NCBI RefSeq assembly: GCF_006345805.1
Contig: NW_021823919.1
Coordinates: 1 to 20,687, forward strand
Source of the DNA: Octopus sinensis
Lineage: Eukaryota
Direction of reading: 5' to 3'
Length of the DNA stretch: 20,687 nucleotides
The notes below the pieces were generated by a model. That model did no database searches, was not told where the DNA came from, and saw only the letters and a list, made by a program, of their open reading frames with translations. Shown here piece by piece: positions 10,428-20,687 of this stretch. The first letter of the stretch is position 1, and each line of letters starts with the position of its first letter. The translations under genes and the position numbers were made by a program.

Positions 10428-10975
10428 GAGTGAGAGAGCAGTGCATGCCATCAAAGTGACACTGGGGTAAAATATACGAAGCCCAATATACCCATCATGA
10501 CAACCCGTCTGATAAGGGTACACCAGGCACATGCATCACAACCATATGTGCGCGACATGATGATCTCATATCAAGATAAACAGCACATGACCTTGCAGGT
10601 GGGGCCCAGTTAGAATTTTCTTCAGGTCGAGTAGTCCATCCCACTCAAAAGGTCCCTGAATAACGGTTGTTTAAGGATATTGAACGAACCACCCATGTTT
10701 CCAGAGGTGAACTATTCAAACCCCAAAGAATCCCTCTCAACACATGGCTATGATGCTCCCCCACTACTTCTGCTCGTGATCAAGATGCACATATCGTCAG
10801 CCACCAAGGGACATGCTCAACTGGTTAAGGTCAAACAACTGACAAGCAATCTGTGGTATTGAGCAGAATATTTGCTGTAGCCCATCTTTTATACCAAACA
10901 AACAATGTACAATAACACTTCCAATCAGTTAAGATCAAAACCACGAGAGCCACTGCCTGTACTGCATCAGGGCAT
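10428..10975 (-). mobile_element. Full-length non-coding element X (~550 bp)
   Basis: Same two ends as 13081-13637; abuts (TTA)n on the left. Confidence 0.88.
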
Positions 10976-10976
10976 T

Positions 10977-11392
10977 AGAAAATCTGTGTATTGAGCAGAA
11001 TATTTGCTGTAGCCCATCTTTTATATCAAGACAAAACAATGTACATGATAACACTTCCAATCAGTTAAGATCAGAAGCCATGAGAGCCACTGCCTGGGTA
11101 CTGCTGCAGGGCATGAGAAATCTGTGGTTGAGGCAGAATATTTGCTGTAGCCCATCTTTTATATCAAGACAAAACAATTACATGATAACACTTCCAATCA
11201 GTTAAGATCAGAAGCCATGAGAGCCACCACTGCCTGTACTGCATCAGGGCATTAGAAAATCTGTGGTATTGAGCAGAATATTTGCTGTAGCCCATCTTGT
11301 ATACCAAGACAAAACAATGTACATGATAACACTTCCAATCAGTTAAGATCAGAAGGCACGAGAGCCACTGTCTGGTACTGCATCAGGGCATT
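10977..11392 (-). repeat. Three extra tandem copies (~138 bp) of the terminal segment of element X
   Basis: Unit AGAAAATCTGTGGTATTGAGC...CATCAGGGCATT at ~10977, ~11116 and ~11254. Confidence 0.92.
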
Positions 11393-11456
11393 ATATTATT
11401 ATTATTATTATTATTTATTGTTGTTGTTGTGTTGTTATTATTATCATCATTATCAT

Positions 11457-11489
<33 letters not shown>

Positions 11490-11503
11490 ATTTGTTATTA
11501 TTA

Positions 11504-11535
<32 letters not shown>
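11393..11535. repeat. (TTA)/(TTG)/(CTA)n microsatellite
   Basis: Directly visible. Confidence 0.95.
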
Positions 11536-11537
<2 letters not shown>

Positions 11538-12892
11538 TTGATGAAAACTCACTTCTTATTTTGCTGGGCGTCGATGGAAAGTGTCAGCTGTCCACGGCCA
11601 GCAGACTAAGGTGACACTTGTTTACTGGTCATGCTTCAAGAACCCTGCGAAGAGTTCTTGCAGTTCCAAGCAATGCTGATTCTTGTAGGTGTTCTACCTA
11701 CACACTTGCACCAATCTTTTTCAGTCATGTTGGTAGTTGAGTGCTGATACTTCCAAGTGCACCAATTACGTCTACTACTCTCCTCATTGACCACAACCTT
11801 CGTATTTCCCACTTTAAATCGTCATAGTTGTTTATTTTCCCTTCTTCTTTCACATTGATCCTGTTTTCACTGGGGCATGCTATTCTATTATTCTTTTATT
11901 CTTTTACTTGTTTCAGTCATTTAACTGCGGCCATGCTAGAGCACCGCCTTTAGTCGAGCAACTCGACCCCGGGACTTATTCTTTTGTAAGCCCAGTACTT
12001 ATTCTATCGGTTTCTTTTGCCGAACCGCTAAGTAACGGGAACTTAAACACACCAGCATCGGTTGTCAAGCAATGCTAGGGGACAAACGCACACACGCATA
12101 TATATATACATATATACGACAGCTTCTTTTCAGTTTCTGTCTACCAAATCCACTCACAAGGCTTCGGTCGGCCCGAGGCTATAGTTGAAGACACTTGCCC
12201 AAGGTGCCACGCAGTGGGACTGAACCCGGAACCATGTGGTTGGTAAACAAGCTACCTACCACACAGCCACTCCTGCTATGTCAATTATCATACATGTTCT
12301 TTCATTTTCATTCACCACATCGAATCCGGTTTCCAATGTCTGGTCAGGTGATCGCACTGAATCATTGCAACTACAGGATTTTGCAATCTTCATTCTGGCT
12401 GACCCCTTCTGGGGTTTTCTCATACCACGTCTTTGCTCTTTGTAGGCCGTGATATCCACAGAGCTCCCAATGTACCATCCTTTCCACATTACCATGGCGT
12501 CATTTGTGTTCCCGTCGTGCCACACAATCTGCATTTGTCGCAATCGGTAGTGCTGTCTATTCTGCACATCACATAGTTGGTCCTTAATGCTTGCTCCTGA
12601 GCTGCTCATATGAGTGTTTCTGTCTCTACCCTCAGGTCACTCCTTCTCATTCATAGCCACCGGTCCTCTGTATCCGTCTTCGCGTTCACATCTCTTGAAA
12701 ACTGACCGAACTTTTCTTTTTTTCCTTCCATGCTGTTTCTCTTTTTAGGCTAATTTCTTCTTAAAATTGTGTTTCTTTACACAATTTTCAGTTTTGATGA
12801 CGCCGGCCATTTTGGTATGTTTCATCTTGGCATTTTTTATATACTACCCTAAGCTGTTTTACTCTGCTTCGATACAGTCCTAGCAACTGCCA
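11536..12892 (-). mobile_element. Second R4/Dong-type LINE 3' fragment (linker, zinc knuckle, RLE, 3'UTR), pseudogenised and split by a SINE
   Basis: Minus strand gives AAQEQALRTNY, CDKCRLCG, RHGNVERMVHWELC, WYEKTPEGV, MIQCDH..WKPD, IIDIA|CPSEN and SALLGTARTLRRVLEA*. It has many stops and frameshifts and ends in (AAT)n. Confidence 0.9.
11884..12273 (-). mobile_element. Full-length SINE-A nested in the Dong-type LINE, 6-bp TSD
   Basis: TGCTAT at 11878-11883 and 12274-12279. Confidence 0.9.
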
Positions 12893-13076
12893 TTCTTCTT
12901 CTTCTTCTTCTTCTCTTCTTCTTCTTCTTCTCTTCTTCTTCTTCTTCTTCTTTCTTCCTTCTTCTTCTTCTTCTTCTTCTTCTTCTTCTTCTTCTCCTCC
13001 TCTTCCTCATCTTCCTCCTCCTCCTCCTCCTCCTCCTCCTTCTTCTTCTTCTTCTTCTTCTTCTACTTCTTCTTCG
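12893..13076. repeat. (CTT)n/(CCT)n microsatellite
   Basis: Directly visible. Confidence 0.97.
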
Positions 13077-13080
13077 TATT

Positions 13081-13637
13081 GAGTGAGGGAGCAGTGCACG
13101 CCGTCAAAGTGACACTGAGGTAAAATATACGAAGCCCAGTATACCCATCATGACAACCCGTCTGATAAGGGTACACCAGGCACATGCATCACAACCATAT
13201 GTGCGCGACATGGTAATCTCATATCAAGATAAACAGCACATGAGCTTGCAGGTGGGGCCCAGTTAGAATTTTTCTTCTGGCCAAGTAGCCCATCCCGCTC
13301 AAAAGGTCCTTGAATAAGGGTTGTTTAAGGATGTTGAACAAAACACCCATGTTTCCAGACGTGAATTATCCAAACCCCCAAAAATCCCTCTCAACACACG
13401 GCTATGATGCTCCCCCACTACTTCTGTTCGTGATCAGAGATGCACATATCGTCAGCCACCAAGGGACATGCTCAACTGGTTATGGTCAAACAACTGAAAA
13501 GCAAATCTGTGGTATTGAGCAGAATATTTGCTGTAGCCCATCTTTTATACCAAGACAAAACAATGTACATGATAACACTTCCAATCAGTTAAGATCAGAA
13601 GCCATGAGAGCCACTGCCTGGTACTGCATCAGGGCAT
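13081..13637 (-). mobile_element. Full-length non-coding element X (~557 bp)
   Basis: Colinear with 10428-10975; followed by AAT/TTA/TTG repeats at 13638-13792. Confidence 0.88.
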
Positions 13638-13711
13638 TATAATAATAATAATAATAATAATTATTATTATTATTGTTGTTGTTGTTGTTGTTGTTATTAT
13701 TATTATTATTA

Positions 13712-13757
<46 letters not shown>

Positions 13758-13842
13758 TGTTATATTATTATCATCATCATCATCATTATTATTGGCCTTG
13801 TGCCAAAAAATTTGAACCTAAAATCTATTGTACGACTGTGAA

Positions 13843-13960
13843 GAGCCGTAGCTCCAGGGCTTGGGTGCTGCAATCGAGATCGTAAGATAGCAGGTTCGAA
13901 CGACGGACCAAGTTTTGTGTCGTGTTCTTAAACAGAACACTTCATATCACGTTGTTCTAT
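13843..13960 (+). mobile_element. Degenerate tRNA-SINE (family D-like)
   Basis: B-box-like GGTTCGAAC followed by GTGTTCTTAAACAGAACACTTCATATCACGTTG, similar to 7700-7880. Confidence 0.45.
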
Positions 13961-14126
13961 TCGACCGTAAATGTTTTCCAGAAATATCTGCGAAGCTAAC
14001 CCCGAAGAGGGCCGGACAAGGCCCCCATTCATGGGGTTGGGAACTGCGGTATATTCAGGCTATAAGAAGAAGAAGAAGAAGAAGGAGGAGGAGGAGGAGG
14101 AGGAGGAGGAAGAGGAAGAGGTGGAA

Positions 14127-14725
14127 GGCGGCGAGCTGGCAGGAACGTTAGCACGTCGGACGAATTGCGTAGCCGTATTTAGTCTGCCGTTACGTTCTGA
14201 GTTCAAATTCCGCCGTGGTCGACTTTGCCTTTCATCCTTTCGGGGTCGATAAATTAAGTACCAGTTACGCACTGGGGTCGATGTAATCGACTTAATACCT
14301 ATGTCTGTCCTTGTTTGTCCCCTCTGTGTTTAGCCCCATGTGGGTAATAAAGAAATAGGTATTTCGTCTGCCGTTACGTTGTGAGTTCAAATTCCGCCGA
14401 GGTCGACTTTGCCTTTCATCCTTTCGGGGTCGATAAATTAAGTACCAGTTACGCACTGGGGTCGATGTAATCGACTTAATATCTATGTCTGTCCTTGTTT
14501 GTCCCCTCTGTGTTTAGCCCCTTGTGGGTAATAAAGAAATAGGTATTTCGTCTGCCGTTACATTCTGAGTTCAAATTCCGCCGAGGTCGACTTTTCCTTT
14601 CATCCTTTCGGGGTCGATAAATTAAGTACCAGTTACGCACTGGGGTCGATGTAATCGGATTAATACCTATGTCTGTCCTTGTTTGTCCTCTCTGTGTTTA
14701 GCCCCTTGTGGGTAGTAAAGAAATA
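14127..14725 (+). mobile_element. SINE-B: head plus three tandem 184-bp bodies, 18-bp TSD
   Basis: Bodies end at 14357, 14541 and 14725. TSD GGTATATTCA(G/C)GCTATAA at 14048-14065 and 14726-14743. An (AAG)/(GAG) tract lies between the left TSD and the head. Confidence 0.92.
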
Positions 14726-14979
14726 GGTATATTCACGCTATAAAAACCAGGCTGAAAGACACCTTTGTGAGACCGAGAGATTAAGGAAGGCCTTCGTTTA
14801 AGTATGTATTGTTGGAATACAGAAATATCTGGCAGAAACAGCTATGGAAGATTTTTAGGAATGGTAACGGAAAACAAATAGAGAGAAGAATTATTTCTGC
14901 TTTCAAGTAAACAAAGAATATAATGGGAGGTTAAAATGACCGGAAGTTGTGAGATAACAAGAAAAATATTAACAACATA

Positions 14980-15083
14980 TAGATAGAGATTGCTAGACGG
15001 AGAGACAGATAAATTAGAAATATAGATAAATTGATAGATAGATAGAGAGATAGATAGATATATACACAAATAGATAGACAGAC

Positions 15084-15126
<43 letters not shown>

Positions 15127-15286
15127 CAGATAGATATAGAGATAGATAGATAGATAGATAGATATAGATAGATCAATAGACATAGATAGAGCAATAGATA
15201 GGATAGATAGATAGATAGACAGACAAATAGATAAACAGATAGATAGATAGATAGACAGGCAGACAGACAGACAGAAAGATAGATAA

Positions 15287-15343
<57 letters not shown>

Positions 15344-15481
15344 CAGACAGGCTGATAGACAGACAGACAGAAAGATAAATAGATAGAAATATAGACAGGC
15401 AGTCAGAAAGACAGACAGACAGATAGATACATACATACATACATACATAGACAGACAGATAGACAGATAGATAGATAGATG

Positions 15482-15531
<50 letters not shown>

Positions 15532-15660
15532 CAGATAGGGAGATAGAGATAGATAGATAGATAGACAGATAGGCAGATAGAGATAGACAGATAGAGATAG
15601 ATAGATAGATAGGTAGATAGATAGAGAGACAGACAGAAAGATATCGAAAGCTAGGTAGAT
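14980..15660. repeat. (GATA)n/(GACA)n microsatellite
   Basis: Directly visible. Confidence 0.96.
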
Positions 15661-15724
15661 GGAAAGAAATAGATATAAACAGAAAGATACATAAATATTT
15701 TGATGGGCATATATATAATATATA

Positions 15725-15760
<36 letters not shown>

Positions 15761-15959
15761 CTATACATACATATGCACGTATGTAAATAGGAATAGTTAT
15801 ATTGATAGATAATTAGAGATATATTTTCATCTTTCTCTCTTTCCGTCTGTTTGTCTTCCTCCACTTCACTCATCATTTTCTCTCTCTCTCGTTCTCTTAC
15901 TCTCGCTTTTTTTTTGTTATTCTTGAGTTGAAAGAAAGCTAAATATCGTGAAAAGGTTG

Positions 15960-16922
15960 ATGAAAGCTGGAAAGCGAAGAGGAAGGAGGGAAAAGAAGTG
16001 AAGGCACGGAGAGGAAGGAGAAACACGATGACGATGAAAGGAGAGGAAGAATGGAGAAGGGGAAAAAGAAGAAAAATGAAAAGGAGAGAGAGAGAGAAAG
16101 TGGAAGAAGAAGACGAAGAAGAAAAGATGGGCATGAAAGTAAGAAGGGAAGAAGAGGGAGAAGAAGAAGAAGAAGAAGGGAAAGAAAAGAGAAGAAGAAG
16201 AAGAAGAAGAAGAAGAAGAAGAAGAAGAAGAAGAAGAAGAAGACGAAGAAGGGCAGGAAAGTAAGAAGGGAAAGGAGAGAAAGAAAAAGAAGAAGAAGGG
16301 AAAGAAGGAGGAGGAGAAGAAGAAAGAGAAGAAGAAGAAGAAGAAATGAAGAGAAAAATTAGAAGATCAAGGAGTCGGAGGAGAAGAAGAAGAAAAATGG
16401 AAAATGAATGAAGAGGAAAAAGAAAAAGAGAACGAAAACAAGAAGAAATAGAAGAAGAAGCGACTGAGAAGAAAAGGAAAAAAAGGAGAATAACAAGCAG
16501 GAGAAGAAGGAGAAAGAGAAGAAGAAGAAGAAGGGGAGAAGAAGAAGAAGAAAAGAAAGGCAGGAAAACAAAAAGGGGAATGGAGAAAGAAAAAGAAGAA
16601 GAAGGGAAAGAAGAAAGAGAAGAAAGAGAAGAAGAAAAAGAAGAAGAAGAAGAAGAAGAAGAAGAAGAAGGAGAAGAAGAAGCCCCACCCGACCGCCCGA
16701 CAGATAGGCAGGCGGAAAGGGATAGCGAAGTGATGCAGAAGTAAGAATTGAGGAGAAAAAAAGGAGAAACAAATAAGAGAGAGAGAGCGAGAGAGAGAAA
16801 AAGAGAGGAATTCTTGATAAAAGGAGAAGGATTGAGAGAAAAAAAAGACAGAAGCGACGAGAGACGAACTGTGTGTTCGAGTGAGAGAGAGAAAGAGAGA
16901 GAGAGAGAAAGAGCGAGAGAGA
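15960..16922. repeat. ~1-kb polypurine (GAA)/(GA) low-complexity tract
   Basis: Directly visible strand-asymmetric purine run. Confidence 0.93.
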
Positions 16923-16999
16923 TATCGAATTGTAGTCAAGTATTGATTGGCGTTTAGTAGGAATAGCAACAGGGAATTTATCGAGACATCATTCGTTAA

Positions 17000-17069
17000 T
17001 ATACACACATACATATATATACATATATATACATATATATACATACATATATATATATATATACACACG

Positions 17070-17112
<43 letters not shown>

Positions 17113-17155
17113 CATATATATACATATATATACATACATATATATATATACACAC

Positions 17156-17206
<51 letters not shown>

Positions 17207-18405
17207 GTATGTGTGTATATAGAGCGGTGGTGGTGGTGGTGGTGGTGGAGGTTCAAGTAGCGACGGTAGTGGCGGTGGTGTTGGTGCCGACGCTGGTGGT
17301 TGTGGTGGGGTGGGGTAGGGGGTGTTCGTTGCTGTTGTTCATTTCGATGGTGTTCGATGAAGGTTTTGTTTACGTCAAGACAAGCACACAGGCGTGTATG
17401 TGTGTATACACACATACATATATATATATATATATATGTACAAATATATATATACATATTTATATATATATATATATATGCACATATGTAAATTTAGATA
17501 TATATGTATATATGTATATGTATATTTATATATATAGATATATACATATACAAATATATATATGTATACATATATATACATATGTATATATACGTATATA
17601 TCCGTATAAACACTCACACATATGCATAGAAACATACATATATATGTATATATGTATATATATAAATTTATATGTATGAGTGCACATATGCATATATGTA
17701 TATATATATGTATATATATATATATTTATGTCTGTATGTATGAATGCACATGTATATATATATATATATATATATACATACATACATATGCATGCATGCT
17801 TGTATGTTTGAATGCACACACATACACACACATACACATACACACACACATATATATATATGTATGTGTGAATGCGAATATGTATATATATATATACACA
17901 TATATATATTGCATATACGCGCACATACACATATAGACACGCTTGCGTTACTCGGTTGTTAGCAAGTGAAGTCAGCCACCAGGGAAGTTAAACATCGTAT
18001 GTTAAATAACGAAGGTTAGAAATATTACAGTTATACACGCACGAATATACACACCCATACTCATATACATACATTTATGAATACATAAATACATAAGTGT
18101 GTATATGTGTATATATGTATACGTATACATATATATATATGTTTGTATTTAACATAAGCGTACATTTTTAAACATATACGCACATATATACATGAGTGGT
18201 TTTGTTGTTATGAGGGAGTGGCCTTGTTGTTAGGATATTGCATTCTTGATTGGGAGATCGTGGGTTCGTTTCCTGACCTGGGCAGTGTCTTGTGACTGAC
18301 TTCAACAGTTGTGGGGAGGAACACTCTGAAATTTGAAATTATACAGGCAATGTTGAATTTATAAAATGTATGTTTGTATGTATGTATGTGTAAATGTATG
18401 TATAC

Positions 18406-18439
<34 letters not shown>

Positions 18440-19017
18440 GTAAATGTGTGTGTATGTAAGTATGTTTGTATGTATGTATGTATGTATGTATGTGTGTATG
18501 TATGTATGTGTGTATGTATGCACGTATGTGTGTATGTGAGTATGTGTGTATGTATGTATGCATGCATATATGTATGTATGTGTGTATATGTATATGTATA
18601 TGTGTGTATATGTATATGTGTATATGTATATGTGTGTATATGTAAGTGTGTATGTGTGGATGTCTGTACGTGTGTATGTGTTTATGTATATATATATATG
18701 TATATGTGTGTATGTGTATGTGTATATGTGTGAATGTATATACGTGTGTATATAAGTATGTATGTACGTGTGTATGTGTGTATGTATGTACGTGTGTATG
18801 TGTGTATGTATGTACGTGTGTATGTGTGTATGTATCTATGTGTGTGTGAATGTATGTATCTATGTATGTATCCCTATATATTCGTGTATGTACATACGTG
18901 TGTATCTACGTATATAGGTATTTGTCCATATATATATACATGTGTGTGTAGTTATGTATGAATGTATGTGTGAATGTATTATGTATGTGTGTGTGTGGTG
19001 TGTGTGTGTGTGTGTGT
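17000..19017. repeat. (TA)/(CA)/(TATG)/(TG) microsatellite fields with short complex islands
   Basis: Tracts at ~17000-17220, 17395-17937, 18030-18192 and 18367-19017. Confidence 0.92.
18213..18294 (+). mobile_element. Degenerate tRNA-SINE head
   Basis: GTGGCCTTGTTGTTAGG (A-box-like) and GGTTCGTTTCC (B-box-like) at tRNA spacing. Confidence 0.5.
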
Positions 19018-19377
19018 TGTGTCTGCAATTACCTATTCGGAGCGGAACATTTGGCCGTTTGTCAGAAATCATTTTTTTCTTTTTTCTGACCGTTTTCACT
19101 TGTTTGTTTCAAAAAATTTCCAGTTCATGGCTAGCTCTTCGCTCCATCCCCAACACAACGCACACACACGCACACAGACAACCCAAAACCTATCTCTCTT
19201 TCAGACACACACACACACACACATATTTGTTTCATTTTGGCTACAGTATCGCGGTCAAGGTCACCTTGGAGTACAAAATTCTCAGTTGAATTATTCTATA
19301 TATTGTGTTTTAGAATTCGGTAAAAAAAACAAATTCCGATACTTCCATTTCTGTTTTCATACCTATTCACAGACATA

Positions 19378-19498
19378 CGTGGTCTGATCAATAAGTATCC
19401 GGACTGTTGCCATAGTAACGAAGCTGTAGCACACAGAACAAAACCGCTTTAGCTTCGTTATTATGGCAACAGTCCGGACACTTATTGATCAGACCTCG
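19378..19498. mobile_element. 121-bp Tc1/mariner-type MITE
   Basis: 48-bp terminal inverted repeats (TIRs; 19378-19425 / 19451-19498, 45/48 match) starting CG(A/T)GGTCTGATCAATAAGT; 25-bp spacer; TA on both sides (19376-19377 and 19499-19500). Confidence 0.88.
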
Positions 19499-19595
19499 TA
19501 TTCATGAATGTCGGGTGATGATCGAAAGAGAACGATCGCAAAAACAAGTAGCTGGAATAGGTATTTTCCCCGGAGGACATCTGCAGTAATGTTGT

Positions 19596-20687
19596 CATAA
19601 GGAGGCGAGTGTAAGTTCCATCCAACCGCCTCTCAAGCTTCTTTGATAACGTCCAGGTTTCTGAGCCATAGAGTAGAATTGGTTCGACTGTGGCTTTGAA
19701 GATTTCAAGTTTGAAGTCTCTACTTAGATTTGATGACCAGATCTTATGCATGTCATTACAGGCTGACCAGGCCATACCCTTTATAATTAGAACATCCTTT
19801 TTCAAATGATGAAGTTCCATCCAACCCCTCCCTCAAGCTTCTTTGATAACGTCCAGGTTTCTGAGCCATAGAGTAGAATTGGTTCGACTGTGGCTTTGAA
19901 GATTTCAAGTTTGAAGTCTCTACTTAGATTTGATGACCAGATCTTATGCATGTCATTACAGGCTGACCAGGCCATACCCTTTATAATTAGAAAATCTTTT
20001 CAGATGATGAAGTTCCATCCAACCCGCCTCTCAAGCTTCTTTGATAACGTCCAGGTTTCTGAGCCATAGAGTAGATTGGTTCGACTGTGGCTTTGAAGAT
20101 TTCAAGTTCGAAGTCTCTACTTAGATTTGATGATCAAATCTTATGCATGTCATTACATGGTGACATCCATACCCTTTATAATTAGAAATCTTTTCATGAA
20201 TGAAGTTCCATCCAACCGCCTCTCAAGCTTCTTTGATAACGTCCAGGTTTCTGAGCCATAGAGTAGAATTGGTTCGACTGTGGCTTTAAGATTTCAAGTT
20301 TGAAGTCTCTACTTAGATTTGATGACCAGATCTTATGCATGTCATTACAGGCTGACACAGGCCATACCCTTTATAATTAAACATCTTTTTCAGGATGAAG
20401 TTCCATCCAACCGCCTCTCAAGCTTCTTTGATAACGTCCCAGGTTTCTTCTGAGCCATAGAGTAGAATTGGTTCGACTGTGGCTTTGAAGATTTCAAGTT
20501 TGAAGTCTCTACTTAGATTTGATGACCATCTTATGCATGTCAATTACACAGGCTGACCAGGCCATACCCTTTATATTAGAAAATCTTTTTCAGATGATGA
20601 AGTTCCATCCAACCGCCTCTCAGCTTCTTTGATAACGTCCAGGTTTCTGAGCCATAGAGTAGAATTGGTTCGACTGTGGCTTTGAAG
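19596..20687 (-). repeat. Tandem array (>5 units, ~198 bp) derived from RTE-type LINE reverse transcriptase coding sequence
   Basis: Units start at 19613, 19812, 20010, 20203, 20398 and 20600 and run off the window. Translation includes IFKATVEPILLYGSETWTLSKKLERRLDGTYTRLLM (LLYGxETW is an RTE-type post-RT motif). Confidence 0.92.

Noticed and set aside
16681-16746. GC-rich island with a 5-bp stem and a GTAAG donor-like site
   Set aside because: Too short to distinguish from chance.
17222-17325. Gly-rich frame or G-quadruplex
   Set aside because: Decayed (GGT)n that ends in a stop, with only three long G-tracts.
19060-19130. Branch point, pyrimidine tract and CAG acceptor-like signal
   Set aside because: The downstream sequence is CA-repeat-rich with no supported exon or donor.
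10977-20687. CRISPR-like interpretation of the regular repeats
   Set aside because: Units are 138-198 bp head-to-tail without unique spacers, there are no cas genes, and the context is eukaryotic.

Overview
This is eukaryotic, repeat-saturated genomic DNA (intronic or intergenic). The SINE families and microsatellite load resemble Octopus/cephalopod DNA, but that assignment is from recall, not a search. I can support no host protein-coding gene; almost every supplied ORF is a microsatellite artefact. The window contains: (1) in the first 2.5 kb, a cluster of minimal hammerhead-ribozyme folds typical of Penelope-like element (PLE) termini, two of them in the arms of a 132-bp inverted repeat; (2) three decayed R4/Dong-type restriction-like-endonuclease (RLE) LINE fragments at (AAT)n tracts, two sharing a covarying 3'UTR stem-loop; (3) a ~550-bp non-coding, fixed-end element (X) found three times next to trinucleotide tracts; (4) at least four tRNA-derived SINE families with nested insertions and readable target-site duplications (TSDs), one of which appears to insert at GGTAT and build head-less tandem arrays of itself; (5) a 121-bp mariner-type MITE; (6) a tandem array whose 198-bp consensus is an in-frame, stop-free piece of an RTE-type reverse transcriptase.
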